Below are positions 49,220-59,795 of a DNA stretch of 64,000 nucleotides, piece by piece. Every line of letters begins with the position of its first letter. Within the stretch, counting starts at the first letter, position 1. Below the pieces are notes generated by a model. That model had not been told where the DNA came from, did no database searches, and saw only the letters and a program-made list of their open reading frames with translations. A program made the position numbers and the translations under genes. The stretch is taken from the NCBI GenBank assembly GCA_963808625.1, contig CAWEHK010000038.1:24825-88824 (forward strand). Reading direction: 5' to 3'. Source of the DNA: an uncultured delta proteobacterium (GTDB lineage Bacteria > Desulfobacterota > Syntrophobacteria > Syntrophobacterales > Syntrophobacteraceae).

Positions 49220-49668
49220 GCGCTGACGCGCAACTCCATGACTTCCTGAAATCTGCTCACCACATAGTAGGTTTCCACGGTCACCCGAACCAGGACTGTC
49301 GACGGGTATTGGGCGAACTCTTCCAGGTGAGGGTGCTTGGCAAGATAGCCTTTCAGAACCTGCTCCCGCTCATCGGGTGGGACTTCAGCGGCTGAACCCA
49401 GAACGGTTGCCGCGATGGCCCCGTGGATGTCCGCATCCTCGTTCGAACGGCTGTCGATGAGCAGCGCAACCCTCGGGTTCGCCTCGAGGTAGGCGAACTT
49501 GCGCGTGGCACTCGGGGTCGCGAAATAGAGCTTTTTAAGATCGTCCGAGGCGGCGAAAGCGATGAGACTGGCATAGGGTTGCCCCTGGTGCTGAGTGGAA
49601 AGCACCGCCAGTTTTTGGGAGGAAAAGAGTTCAATAAGCCGCTGTTGAAGCTGCTCGCGGTCGGTCAT
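49216..49668 (-). CDS. Pyridoxamine 5'-phosphate oxidase family FMN-binding protein
   Basis: LAVLST...QPYASLIAF...FATPSATRKF..L.ANPRVALLIDSR. Confidence 0.88.
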   Translation of the reverse strand: MTDREQLQQRLIELFSSQKLAVLSTQHQGQPYASLIAFAASDDLKKLYFATPSATRKFAYLEANPRVALLIDSRSNEDADIHGAIAATVLGSAAEVPPDEREQVLKGYLAKHPHLEEFAQYPSTVLVRVTVETYYVVSRFQEVMELRVSA

Positions 49669-49880
49669 GGCATTCAATCACAGTGATCTCGTCTAAATTC
49701 TGTTGATCTTGCGGTCTGTCCTAATAGTGAGAAAAGCCTAAGCCTCAACCTCGACGCTGTCAAGATGTACCGATTCTTCATGTGCAGGCTTTCTTCTTCC
49801 GCGTGCGGTGCTCTGGGAAAGCCGCGCTTCGGTTTCGGGAATCATGGAGAATTTTGCTCGCGGGTGATAACATGGTTAAG

Positions 49881-50408
49881 TCAAACTCTTCTGCGGTAGA
49901 TTCGAACATTGGGTCTCTTGCTGTGCGCGATGAGCGAGTCAATGCGTTTCATGGCCACAAGGCAGACGAGGAGGTAGGGAAAGGCGATCAGCGGCACCCC
50001 GAAAAGCAGGCGCGAGCGGTTTGCGCCAAGACTTTCCACGGTGTGTGTGGTCGCCGGAATACCGAAGACGCGCCAGGACCAGGTTCTCCCCGGTTCGAAA
50101 CGAGTCACGGCAAACGGCACCGAGAATCCCAGAACGGTCCTCACCCGGCCGGAAGAAAGCGCCGTCAGGAAACGGTCGGTGCTTTCGACCTCACGGATTG
50201 AAGGCCCCCACTCGACCCAGCGGGAGGTATCGACGAGGAGCTGCCACACCTCATCAGCGGCGGCGTTGACCAGCAACCCAGCTTCGATGTGGGGAAATAC
50301 AACTCTGAGCAGGGTCCTGCCCTCCCGTCCAAATGTGAGCGCAATTTCGAGCTCGAGGCCGCTAAGTACAGCGCCGCAGAAATGAGTGCCCGTATTCTTC
50401 TTCGTCAT
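49881..50408 (-). CDS. SRPBCC (polyketide cyclase/START-like) family protein; true start probably near 50300
   Basis: VNAAADEVWQLLVDTSRWVEWGPSI...PGRTWSWRV. The first part of the ORF derives from a MITE. Confidence 0.75.
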   Translation of the reverse strand: MTKKNTGTHFCGAVLSGLELEIALTFGREGRTLLRVVFPHIEAGLLVNAAADEVWQLLVDTSRWVEWGPSIREVESTDRFLTALSSGRVRTVLGFSVPFAVTRFEPGRTWSWRVFGIPATTHTVESLGANRSRLLFGVPLIAFPYLLVCLVAMKRIDSLIAHSKRPNVRIYRRRV

Positions 50409-50519
50409 ACCGGCATGTTCTTAGCCGGTATCCAGGAAGCTTTTGTGGATTCCGGCTGGAAGATTGCCGGAATGACGATCTATGGGAATGAACACTTTAT
50501 TTTGCTGAGCTGTACGAAG
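50362..50519. mobile_element. MITE-like element with GTACAGC ends carrying a CGTCATACCGG/CCGGAATGACG palindrome
   Basis: Left end ctaagtacagcgccgcagaaatgagtgccc; right end (reverse complement) cttcgtacagctcagcaaaataaagtgttc. Confidence 0.78.
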
Positions 50520-50548
50520 TACAGAATCGCATATATAAGTGTCCGAAT

Positions 50549-50947
50549 TCAGCTTGTCATACCGGTGCCAATGAGAGGCAGCGTCATGTCCACTCGAAAA
50601 AACACCAGGAACCTCGGTTCGTCCGGTTTCCCCTTCTCCGCGGGATAAGTCCGGCGGCGCAGGGCATAGAGGAGCTCCGTGTCCTGCTCTTCTCTCGCCT
50701 TTGTCAGGTAGACTCTCTTCCCCTTGTAGCCGGGACCTCCCTCCATGAAAAGATAGGCTGCATGGGGATTCTCCTGGAGATTTTTGTGCGTGAGCTTATG
50801 GGGCATGATGAACGCCACGGTCCCATCTTCCATGAAATGGGGACGGGCAAAAACAGCTTGATTTGGGAGTCCGTCGCCACTGGCCGTGGCGAGAACACCG
50901 TGTCCGGAGGCCTTTTCAAAATATTCCTTCAGTTCCTTCAAATCCAT
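50549..50947 (-). CDS. Pyridoxamine 5'-phosphate oxidase-related FMN-binding protein
   Basis: GVLATASGDGLPNQAVFARPHF...HKNLQENPHAAYLF. Confidence 0.85.
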   Translation of the reverse strand: MDLKELKEYFEKASGHGVLATASGDGLPNQAVFARPHFMEDGTVAFIMPHKLTHKNLQENPHAAYLFMEGGPGYKGKRVYLTKAREEQDTELLYALRRRTYPAEKGKPDEPRFLVFFRVDMTLPLIGTGMTS

Positions 50948-50983
50948 GTCGATCCTTTCTTCGTAGAGAACCCAAGCCACTAA

Positions 50984-51114
50984 AGAACTATCTAAAAATG
51001 GTCAAAGCCCCGTTGATCGTCATTCCGGCGAAAGCCGGAATCCAAATTTTCCGGAGGATTCCGGCCCCCGGCTTCCGCCGGGGTGACGGGGTAAGCCAGG
51101 TTTGAGATAGTTTC
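50984..51114 (-). mobile_element. 131-bp MITE, inverted copy of 38004-38135
   Basis: Near-identical along its length; TAA on both flanks. Confidence 0.88.
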
Positions 51115-51240
51115 TAACTGATCCCAAAGAGCGTTCAAGTAATTTAAAGCCATCCTGAAGAATATCAAGCCATCGGATGAAGAACTTCTACACAAAGATT
51201 TTCCCGATTGGCGTCGAGCTTCAGCCATGCATGCAATCAA

Positions 51241-51328
51241 CCGTCGTTCCCGAAAGCTTCTGTCGGGAATCCAGGTTTTGACCCTTTGAAAGCTGGATTC
51301 CCGCTTAAAAACCCTGCGGGAATGACAG
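51241..51328. repeat. REP-like palindrome doublet (GTC(A/G)TTCCCG...CGGGAATGAC family)
   Basis: cgtcgttcccg...cgggaatccag...ctggattcccgc...gcgggaatgac; no clear terminal IR shell. Confidence 0.75.
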
Positions 51329-51577
51329 GTTGAGGAGTTTTGCTTCGGCATGTTTCGGCATAAACCAACCTTGGCTTCGTCTGGCTGAACAATAGCGCTA
51401 ATCGGCAAAATTCTTATCGGAGGCGCCGGATATCTCCCAAGAGATGCTTTCATGCTTATCTTCCCGTAAGCGGGATGGATGGGGTTGCCGCAATGCTGGG
51501 GTCAGGGGTTAGCATATCCCGTCCAGCAAAGCCGGGTCCCGATGAATTGATGGCGGATGATTCAGGTGGGGAATTCT

Positions 51578-53666
51578 ATGGATTTATTTCGTTGCAGCTT
51601 GTGGCTGCTTGCCTGCGGGTGCCTGCTCCTGCCGATTTCCACGGAAGCTTGGGGAATCCGACGACCGTTTTTCACCACGACCTGGCGGTCCGCATCGACG
51701 CGGCCTCCCAGTCCCTTGAGGGTTCGGACATCGTGACGGTGCGAGGCAACGGGACGAAGCCGTTCACCTTCACTCTCAACCCTGGTGCCCGCATCCATTC
51801 CGTAACCCACTCGGAAAGGCCCCTGCCGTATCAGTTCGAAAGGGGACTTCTCCGAGTCCCTCAGAGTGCTTTGCCACCCCTGGCAAACCAGGAGATCACG
51901 ATCCGGTACGCAGCAAGTTTTCGGGACCCAATCCCCGAAGAGCCCATCTATTCCGAGGACCCAACGTACGGGGTCGCCGGCGTGATTGTGACAGCAGGGG
52001 CTGCTCCTTATGGACGCTTCCGGATGGTACCCGAGGCTTCCCGGAAGCATTGCCACATTCCGCATCCGGGTAGACGTCCCCAGGGGGATGGAGGCGATCA
52101 CCGCGGCGGGAACCCTCAAGGAGAGGACTGGCAGGCGACCGCCTGATTTTCGTGTGGGAGATCGAGCAACCCGTACGGGGCGTTTCCCTTTCGGGCGGAC
52201 CCTACGCCGTGAAGGCGGGCCGTGCAGGGAAGATTCCCTCCTTCTTTTACCACTTCCCCGGCTCGGAGCAATTGGCGGAACCATACCTCAACGCGGTGGA
52301 CCGGTATATCACTCTTTACCAGGATCTTTTCGGTCCCTATCCGTTCTCGAAGTTTGCCGTGGTTGAGAATTTTTTCCCCACCGGCTACGGTTTCCCTTCC
52401 TATACCCTTTTGGGAAGCCGGGTCCTCCGCCTGCCATTCATTGTCGATACCAGTCTGGGCCACGAGGTAGCCCACTCCTGGTGGGGAAACGGCGTCTTTG
52501 GCGACGATGAGAAGGGCAACTGGTCCGAGGGGCTGACGACCTATGTGGCCGATCATCTTTATATGGAAAGGGCATCCCCCGAGGAAGCTCGGGAATACCG
52601 CGCAAGAATCCTGCGGAACTACGCGACGCTCGTCTCTGCCCATGATGACTTTCCTCTCAGGGAATTCTCGGGGCGAAACAGCCCGGCCTCCAGAGCGGTC
52701 GGCTATGGCAAAGGGGCCATGCTCTTTCACATGGCCCGCAAGCTCACGGGAGATGATGGGTTCTGGCAGGCGCTGCGAGACGTCTACCGCAAGCGGTTAT
52801 TTCAGGAGACAAGTTGGAGTGACTTTGCCGATGCTTTTGCCGCCCGAAGCCGGACGGACTTTCAAGCTTATTTCAGGCAGTGGGTTGATCGCCCCGGAGC
52901 CCCGATTCTGAGGCTCGGCGGAATGGAAGCGATAAAGGAAGGAGAAGTCTGGAAGGTCCGTGGGTCCCTCGAGCAGGAGGCACCGTTTTATGAAATGCGC
53001 ATCCCTCTGCGACTGGAGACCGAAGGCGGTGGAATCCATGCTTCGATCCCCATCAAGGACCGGGAGGCAACCTTTTCCCTCGAGGCGACATCTCGTCCCC
53101 TGCGGCTGGTGGTGGACCCCGAGGTGGATCTCTTCCGGCGCCTTCATCCTGAAGAGATCCCACCTGATATCAACAGTATCAAGGGATCCGATGCTCTCGT
53201 CGCCGTCATGGCAAGCGGTCACCGGGAAATGCTGGAGGGGGCCGCCCGCATGCTCCTTGCCGGCCTTGGTCGACCGGGCATCCCCATTCTCCAGGAAAAC
53301 GAGATTCTCCCTTCTCAACTGAAAGGGAAAGACCTCCTCCTTTTCGGCTTTCCCCAGTCCAAGGAATTGCTCGATGCCCTTCCCGAAAACGTGACCGTGG
53401 CACGGGGGCATTTCATGCTCGAGGGAAAAGTCTACCAGGCCCCGACCGATGGTGCTTTCCTCGCGCTCAAGTCCGGTGTGGACAACAACCGCAAGGCAGG
53501 GCTTCTCCTTGCCTTCTCCCAGGAGGCCGCCGTTGCTCTGGCAAGAAAGGTCACCCACTATGGTTCCTACAGCGTCCTGGTCGTCGAGCAAGGCAACGTG
53601 ACGGTAAAGAAAGTCTGGCCGACAGTGAGCTCCCCTTTGATCCACCACTTTTTGCCCAGGGAGTGA
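51578..53666 (+). CDS. M1 family aminopeptidase (frameshifts in the 5' part)
   Basis: GHEVAHSWWGN...WSEG (HExxH...E), YGKGAMLFHM. Confidence 0.88.
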
Positions 53667-53673
53667 CCCAACC

Positions 53674-54540
53674 ATGAAGCGAACGGCGATCCTCGCTCCT
53701 GCAATTGTACTTGTGGTTCTTCTGGTTCTGGCGAGCAGTTTATTCCGGTGTGCGCCGGCTTCAAGGACGGGAGACCGGGCTCTCTTCAGACTCTCTGACC
53801 GGAAGGCCGTCAAATTCGAGGAAGCCGTCTCCGATTTAAAGTCGGTAAGGGTGGTCCTCGTAGGAGAACAGCATGACGACAAGAGGCACCATGAGATCCA
53901 ACTGGACGTGATCAGGGCTCTTCATGAAGCCGGTCTCCCGCTGGCTATCGGCATGGAGATGTTCCGCAGGGAAAGCCAGGAGGTGTTGGATGAATGGGTG
54001 CAGGGGAACATCTCCGAAGCAGCATTTATGAGGGTTTATAATGACAACTGGAACGCTCCGTGGCCCCTCTATGCGGACGTCTTCCATTTCGCCCGCGAAA
54101 AGCAGATACCCGTCATCGGACTCAACGTTTCACGGCAACTCACCCGGCAGGTGGCAGAAGGGGGCTTCGCGTCCCTCAGTGACAAGCAGAGAAAGGAACT
54201 GCCGCCGGTGAGCTGCGCCGTTGACGAGAATTACCGGAAATTCATCCAGCGTGCCATGGATCTTCACGGTCACCGCACCATGAACTTCAACAACTTCTGC
54301 GAAGCGCAGCTCCTTTGGGATACCGCCATGGCCTGGCACGTCGTTCAATATCTCAGGAGCCACCCGCACCGGACGGCCGTCATTCTTGCCGGAAGCGGCC
54401 ACGCGTGGAAACCGGGCATCCCGAAACATCTGCAAACACTCTCCGACACTACCTACCGGGTCATTCTGCCGGAGATTTCCGGCCGAACCGAAGAGGAATC
54501 CACAACGGTCCAAGACGCCGATTACCTCTGGATCGACTGA
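53674..54540 (+). CDS. ChaN-family (haem/cofactor-binding) lipoprotein
   Basis: VLVGEQHD..HH.IQL, GMEMF, AQLLWDTAMA, LAGSGH. Confidence 0.88.
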   Translation: MKRTAILAPAIVLVVLLVLASSLFRCAPASRTGDRALFRLSDRKAVKFEEAVSDLKSVRVVLVGEQHDDKRHHEIQLDVIRALHEAGLPLAIGMEMFRRESQEVLDEWVQGNISEAAFMRVYNDNWNAPWPLYADVFHFAREKQIPVIGLNVSRQLTRQVAEGGFASLSDKQRKELPPVSCAVDENYRKFIQRAMDLHGHRTMNFNNFCEAQLLWDTAMAWHVVQYLRSHPHRTAVILAGSGHAWKPGIPKHLQTLSDTTYRVILPEISGRTEEESTTVQDADYLWID

Positions 54541-54995
54541 TGCCGGTCGGCGCGAAGTGAATCAACCTTCTTTGGGCCCACCCCATCCTTCCGCAGCGGC
54601 CTATGTGGATCATCGATGCGATACCATTTTCATATCACCAACTTCCCCTGCTCTGGGAAGTTCCATGCCTCCCGTCCAAAGATAAAGAGGCTTCCGGGTC
54701 CGGTGCTTTCCTCCTCTGAATGATTGTCACTTTTCGTCTTGGCAACCACGGTTTACCAAGAAACTGAAAAGTCCAGGTTTCTCTCCTCTGCTAACCCGGC
54801 GGTGTCATCCGATGAGTCTTCAAGATTCAATTTCTGCCAATCTTCGGTGAAAGCGGTGCTCGCGGCGCAACCCAAACGGAAGGAGGCACGAAGATGCACG
54901 ACCGCTTTGACAACCACTCAAGGCAGCGCTACTTTAGGAGAGGGGTCCGAGGCAGCCCATAGAGGGTCACCTTAAATCAATTATAATTATCCCCC

Positions 54996-55116
54996 GAGGC
55001 TCTTGTTGAGCTCTCAAATCCCGTCACCCCGGCGAAAGCCCGGGTCGAGAATTCGTTGAGAAATCTGGATTCCGGCTTCCGCCGGAATGACGGTCAGGGG
55101 CTTTTGCAGGAGGTTC
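54996..55116. mobile_element. Degenerate MITE-like unit carrying the CGTCACCCCGG/CCGGAATGACG palindrome
   Basis: Palindrome at 55021-55093 is clear; the ends gaggctcttg and ttttgcaggaggttc pair only weakly. Confidence 0.55.
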
Positions 55117-55240
55117 CGCCGGCAAAGGGTTGAGGGCTCTTGGCGTCATCAGGACAATTCTTCAAGTCCCCTCCAGAGAGAAGAGCGCCCTCAGGAGAAG
55201 CTCCGAATCTTAAAAGGCAGAGGAACGAGGAGGAGTAACC

Positions 55241-56161
55241 ATGAAACTGGCCATGGTCGGATTGGGACGCATGGGCATGAATATGGCCCGACGGCTGCTC
55301 GGGGGCGGTCACCAGGTGGTGGCCCTTAACCGTTCTCCCGACAAGACCGAGCAGTTGGTGCAGGAGGGGGCGAGTGCGGCTTACTCGCTCCCTCAAGTCG
55401 TCGCGCAGCTCATCCCGCCTCGCGTCGTGTGGATGATGCTCCCGGCGGGGGAGATCATCGATGAGCACCTCGATCAGTTGAGAGACCTTCTGGCGCCGGA
55501 AGATGTCGTCATCGATGGCGGCAACACCTATTACAAGGATGATGTGCGCCGCAGCAAAGCCCTTGCGGAACGGGGCATTCACTTTCTCGATGCGGGGGTA
55601 AGCGGCGGCATCTGGGGCCTCAAGGTCGGGTATTGCCTCATGATTGGTGGCGACAAGGCGATCTATGAGAAACTGCTGAGCGTTTTCGAGACCCTCGCCC
55701 CTCCCGAAGGTTATCTCTACTGCGGTCCTGCCGGCGCCGGGCATTTTGTCAAAATGGTTCACAACGGCATCGAATATGGCATGATGCAGGCTTACGGGGA
55801 AGGATTTCAACTGCTGGAGGCTTCTCCCTATGCGGCAGCCCTGAATTACCGAGACATTGCCCACCTCTGGAACCGTGGAAGCGTTGTCCGGTCGTGGCTG
55901 CTGGAGCTCGCCGAAAATGCCTTCGCCGAAGACCCGAAGCTGGATGAAATCTCCGGGTATGTGGAAGACTCCGGGGAGGGCCGTTGGACCGTCCAGCAAG
56001 CCGTCGAGGCAGGGGTCCCGGTCCCGGTGATGGCGCTTTCGCTCTTTCAGCGGTTTCGCTCCCGACAACGGGACCCTTTTGCCGATCGTCTGCTTGCGGC
56101 GCTGCGCCGGGAATTTGGGGGGCATGCGGTGGCGGGTCCCAGGGAAGACGCAGGAAAGTGA
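55241..56161 (+). CDS. gnd: 6-phosphogluconate dehydrogenase (decarboxylating), short YqeC-like form
   Basis: VGLGRMG, IDGGN, GVSGG, GHFVKMVHNGIEYG, DSGEGRW, FGGH. Confidence 0.95.
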   Translation: MKLAMVGLGRMGMNMARRLLGGGHQVVALNRSPDKTEQLVQEGASAAYSLPQVVAQLIPPRVVWMMLPAGEIIDEHLDQLRDLLAPEDVVIDGGNTYYKDDVRRSKALAERGIHFLDAGVSGGIWGLKVGYCLMIGGDKAIYEKLLSVFETLAPPEGYLYCGPAGAGHFVKMVHNGIEYGMMQAYGEGFQLLEASPYAAALNYRDIAHLWNRGSVVRSWLLELAENAFAEDPKLDEISGYVEDSGEGRWTVQQAVEAGVPVPVMALSLFQRFRSRQRDPFADRLLAALRREFGGHAVAGPREDAGK

Positions 56162-56167
56162 GGTCCC

Positions 56168-57754
56168 ATGAACGGAATGGATGTGCGCTCCGATGATGCC
56201 AAGGCCCAGGATCAGCCCCAACCCGTGATGGCGCCATGCCAGGTTGCGGACCTCGGGATTCCAGCCCACCAGTGCCTTGTTCCTCAGCCCCTTGATCCAT
56301 GCACCATTGTTATCTTTGGTGCTTCCGGGGACCTGACTGAGAGAAAGCTCATCCCGGCACTCTTCAATCTTTACCGGAACGGCGCGTTGCCTGATTCCCT
56401 CCGGATTGTCGGATGCGCCCGAACGGCGATGGACGATGAGGAATTTCGAGCCAGGCTCGAGGCGTGGGTTGCGCCCGATGAACCCTCGAAGCGGTCGCCA
56501 TGGCATGACTTTGCCCAACGGCTTTACTATCAGTCCGTTGATTATGGCGATGCCGCCTCTTTTGCCAAACTCGCCGGGTACTTGAAGGACCTCGACAAGA
56601 CAGGGAAAACCAGGGGAAACCGGATCTTTTATCTTGCCCTTCCTCCGATCCTCTATGAGACTGTCGCGCGTCACCTCGGGGAGGCGGGGCTCGCCGCAGA
56701 AAAGCGCGATGGCGGCGGATGGTCGCGTTTGGTGGTGGAAAAACCTTTCGGCCGGGACCTGGAGACGGCCGTCGCGCTGGATCGGTCTCTTCGTGAATAC
56801 TTTGAAGAGCACCAGATCTATCGCATTGACCACTATCTTGCCAAAGAGACCGTGCAGAACATCCTCATCTTCCGCTTTGCCAATTCCATTTTCGAACCGC
56901 TCTGGAACCGGAGATACGTCAAGTCGGTGGCCATCACGGCGGCGGAAACCCTGGGGGTGGAGAACCGGGCCGGTTACTATGATGAGGCCGGGGTTCTGCG
57001 CGATATGTTTCAGAACCACATGCTGCAACTGCTTGCCCTGACCGCCATGGAGGCGCCGCCCCGCTTTGAAACCGAGTGGGTTCGGGACGAAAAGGCCAAG
57101 GTATTCAAGGCGCTGCGGCCCTTTCCCGTGGACCGCATCTATGATCACCTGGTTTCCGGGCAGTATGGACCGGGGATCGTCGATGGCAAGAAGCTCCCGG
57201 GGTATCGTGAGGAGCCCGGGGTGCGGCCGGATTCCCTCACGCCGACCTTCGCCTCGATGAGAGTCTTTGTCGATAACTGGCGCTGGCAGGGCGTACCCTT
57301 TTTCCTCACCTCGGGAAAAAGGCTTGCCGAAAAGCTCTCGGAAATCAGCATCCAGTTCCGGGAAGTCCCCCATTCCATCTTCCGCAATGTCTTTGGGGAA
57401 GAGGTCCAGGCGAACCGTCTCACCCTGGGTATCTATCCCGAGGAAAAAATCAGTCTGACCTTCCAGACCAAGAACCCCGGTGCCTTGCTGCAGTTGCGGC
57501 CGGTCACCATGGATTTTCGTTATCGTCAAAGCTACACCGGGCCGGCGCTGGACGCCTACGAAAAAGTCCTGATCGATACCATCCGCGGGGACCAGATGCT
57601 CTTCCTGCGGCAGGATGCGGTGGAGTTGGGCTGGTCGTTTCTTTCGCCGATCCTGGAAAAATGTGAATCCTGCGGCAGCCGGGCGCAAATGCTGTTCCCC
57701 TACCAGCCGGGCAGTTGGGGACCGGACGCAGCGTTTGAGTTGCAAGAATCGTGA
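56168..57754 (+). CDS. zwf: Glucose-6-phosphate 1-dehydrogenase
   Basis: [38 protein letters not shown]. Confidence 0.96.
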   Translation: MNGMDVRSDDAKAQDQPQPVMAPCQVADLGIPAHQCLVPQPLDPCTIVIFGASGDLTERKLIPALFNLYRNGALPDSLRIVGCARTAMDDEEFRARLEAWVAPDEPSKRSPWHDFAQRLYYQSVDYGDAASFAKLAGYLKDLDKTGKTRGNRIFYLALPPILYETVARHLGEAGLAAEKRDGGGWSRLVVEKPFGRDLETAVALDRSLREYFEEHQIYRIDHYLAKETVQNILIFRFANSIFEPLWNRRYVKSVAITAAETLGVENRAGYYDEAGVLRDMFQNHMLQLLALTAMEAPPRFETEWVRDEKAKVFKALRPFPVDRIYDHLVSGQYGPGIVDGKKLPGYREEPGVRPDSLTPTFASMRVFVDNWRWQGVPFFLTSGKRLAEKLSEISIQFREVPHSIFRNVFGEEVQANRLTLGIYPEEKISLTFQTKNPGALLQLRPVTMDFRYRQSYTGPALDAYEKVLIDTIRGDQMLFLRQDAVELGWSFLSPILEKCESCGSRAQMLFPYQPGSWGPDAAFELQES

Positions 57755-57824
57755 GCCGAAATTGCCGTCTCCCACGAGGAAGGGCGCCATCATACACACG
57801 AAACGATTCTCCAGCGGGCAGTGT

Positions 57825-57891
57825 TGGTACGTGATCCGTATGCCAGGTGGTGGGGGAGGAGAGGGGTCGCAAGGTCTCTCCCTCTCCCTAT
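57825..57891 (+). mobile_element. 3' remnant (domains V-VI) of a group IIC-like intron
   Basis: tggtac-gtga-tccgtatgcca-ggtggtgggggagg resembles class C domain V but lacks its 5' CCGCC arm. Then gaggggtc-GCAA-ggtctctc-cctctccctAT forms domain VI with a GNRA loop and a terminal AY. Confidence 0.7.
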
Positions 57892-57998
57892 TGGGAATGA
57901 TCTCGCGGAGCAAAGACAAGGACAGATATCTCGAAATTCGTTATATTGGCAAAGAATTGGTCGTTCGACACAAAAACAGAGTGGACAGGAGCAATCCT

Positions 57999-58241
57999 AT
58001 GGCAACAGGGACAATCGAAGCCGTTTATGAACATGGTGGCTTTCGCCCTCTTACCCCGGTCGATATAAATCTCGCGGAGGGCCAAAAGGTGCGCCTCGTA
58101 GTGGAAGCAATTGAGAAGCCAGACGACATCCTTGCATTGGCAGCCCAGGTTTATGAGGATCTCAGCGAAGGTCAGATCGATTCCATTGAGCAACATACTC
58201 GACGGCGCGAGGACTTCTTCGGAGAAAGGACGTCCGAATGA
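57999..58241 (+). CDS. DUF104/AF2212-like antitoxin
   Basis: TIEAVYEHGGFRPL...L.EGQKVRLVV; AGGAG RBS. Confidence 0.85.
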   Translation: MATGTIEAVYEHGGFRPLTPVDINLAEGQKVRLVVEAIEKPDDILALAAQVYEDLSEGQIDSIEQHTRRREDFFGERTSE

Positions 58242-58651
58242 CGACACTGTCACTGGCCTTGCTTGATACGGACATTCTATCTGCAGTCATGCGAAAGAAT
58301 CCCTTGGCCACTGAACAAGCACGCTCTTACCTGGAAGTCCATCGACTGTTCACCTTCTCCGTTATCACGCGCTATGAAGTGTTACGTGGTCTGCTTGCCA
58401 AAGGGGCGGCAAAACAGCTTGCCGCATTTGACAAATTGTGTGCCACAAGCCGAGTGTTGCCTCTCCTCGATTCCATAATTGTGCAGGCAGCCACCATATA
58501 TGCAGATCTTCACCGTCGAGGTGAATTGATCAGTGATGCCGACATCTTGATCGCGGCCACAGCGATTATGCATGGATTGGCTGTAGTAACCAACAACGAA
58601 GCCCATTTTCGCCGCGTTCGAGACCTGCAAGTTGTGAATTGGCTTGCCTAA
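58238..58651 (+). CDS. vapC: PIN-domain VapC toxin
   Basis: LLDTDILS, YEVLRG, DADILIAATA, VTNNEAHF; ATGA overlap with the antitoxin. Confidence 0.92.
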   Translation: MTTLSLALLDTDILSAVMRKNPLATEQARSYLEVHRLFTFSVITRYEVLRGLLAKGAAKQLAAFDKLCATSRVLPLLDSIIVQAATIYADLHRRGELISDADILIAATAIMHGLAVVTNNEAHFRRVRDLQVVNWLA

Positions 58652-58660
58652 ATCAGGTCT

Positions 58661-58767
58661 GCCCAACCTGGCGCTCAAGCGGACCCAGCCCACGCCGGGC
58701 GCATTTGGATGTTTTGCCTGCAAGTTCGTTGACGGCGTGGCTCGGGCCCCTTAGTTTTGCGTTAACG
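58661..58767 (+). other. Integron attC site
   Basis: R'' GCCCAAC, spacer, L'' gctcaag, stem ccagcccacgccg/cggcgtggctcgg, L' cttag, R' GTTAACG; begins 10 bp after the vapC stop. Confidence 0.8.
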
Positions 58768-58833
58768 TGCCCGTCGCTTCAATGGGCACCGATGCTTAAT
58801 TTGAGTTGGATGACTTCTATTGGTGGACAACAG

Positions 58834-58959
58834 ATGGAACAATCTTTGACACCATCAGAGATAAGGAAGCTCAGTGTAGCTGAGCGGATACTTATCGTCG
58901 AAGAAATATGGGACAGTGTTGCTGCTGGGCAGGAGTCGGTACAAGTCAAAGTTTCTTAA
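58834..58959 (+). pseudogene. Truncated putative addiction-module component (TIGR02574-like)
   Basis: IRKLSVAERILIVEEIWDSV followed by an early end. Confidence 0.7.
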
Positions 58960-59031
58960 TTGCCGGAACCCTGTCACCACTTATTAGTGCCCCTTCCACG
59001 AGGTGCACACCAATCCCACAAGGAGACTAGA

Positions 59032-59352
59032 ATGCCAAAGTATCTGATTCAAGCCAATTATGTTGGCGAAGGCGCTAAAGGGCTTCTCAAAGAGGGGGGC
59101 ACCAGTCGACGTGCCGTTGTTGAGAAGGCGGTCAAATCGCTGGGCGGCACTGTGGAAGCCTTTTACTATGCCTTCGGCGACACCGATGCTTACACCATTA
59201 TCGAATTTCCGGACAACGCCAGCGCGGCGGCGCTTGCCCTTACGATCAATGCCAGTGGAGCCGTCACGATCAAAACGACGGTCTTGATGACCCCTGAAGA
59301 GGTCGACGAGGCAACGAAAAAGACGCCCAGTTATCGAGCCCCTGGACAGTAA
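59032..59352 (+). CDS. GYD domain protein
   Basis: MPKYLIQANY..EG..G...R..V...V.SLGG.VEAFYYAFGDTD; AAGGAG RBS. Confidence 0.88.
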   Translation: MPKYLIQANYVGEGAKGLLKEGGTSRRAVVEKAVKSLGGTVEAFYYAFGDTDAYTIIEFPDNASAAALALTINASGAVTIKTTVLMTPEEVDEATKKTPSYRAPGQ

Positions 59353-59476
59353 GGGGTATCGGTCCTCAGGCACCGCAGATGAAGTCACCGCCAGCCTGCG
59401 TCTTGAGGTCGGCGGCACCGTGACCACCGTGACCGCCACGGGCAATGGAGTCGTTGCACACCGGGAATCACGGACG

Positions 59477-59596
59477 CTTAGTACGCCCCCGCATAAATGG
59501 GTGTCCGAATGCCACCGGTCATTCCCGCGTGTTTCTGGCGGGAATCCAGGCTGTGCAAATTCCCTGGATTCCTGCTAAGAGCATGCGGGAATGACG
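59477..59596. mobile_element. One-ended MITE-like unit (CTTAGTAC left end plus GTCATTCCCG palindrome)
   Basis: cttagtacgcccccgcataaatgggtgtcc, then gtcattcccgc...gcgggaatgac; right end not seen. Confidence 0.65.
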
Positions 59597-59604
59597 ACCG
59601 GGCG

Positions 59605-59725
59605 ATCCGGGTGGGTCTTCACTATCGCGCACTTGCAGTCGAGGTCCCAGAAGGGCTGCTTTGGTTTTGGATAGGAAGTCATTCGGAATACGATAAGTTC
59701 CTGGGCTAACAGCAGCGTTTGAACG
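59605..59725 (+). pseudogene. C-terminal fragment of a ParE/RelE-like toxin with the left end of an attC site
   Basis: IRVGLHYRALAVEVPEGLLWFWIGSHSEYDKFLG*. The stop lies within GGCTAAC, followed by agcagcgtttgaacgg. Confidence 0.65.
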
Positions 59726-59795
59726 GCAAAGATTATGAGCTGAAACGGCCGGTTCCCGCTGCAGGTCTTTGGCCGGGCCTCGGGGATGACCGCCC

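Noticed and set aside
55094..57919. 941-aa minus-strand ORF
   Set aside because: Antisense shadow of gnd and zwf caused by GC-rich codon bias; no recognisable motifs.
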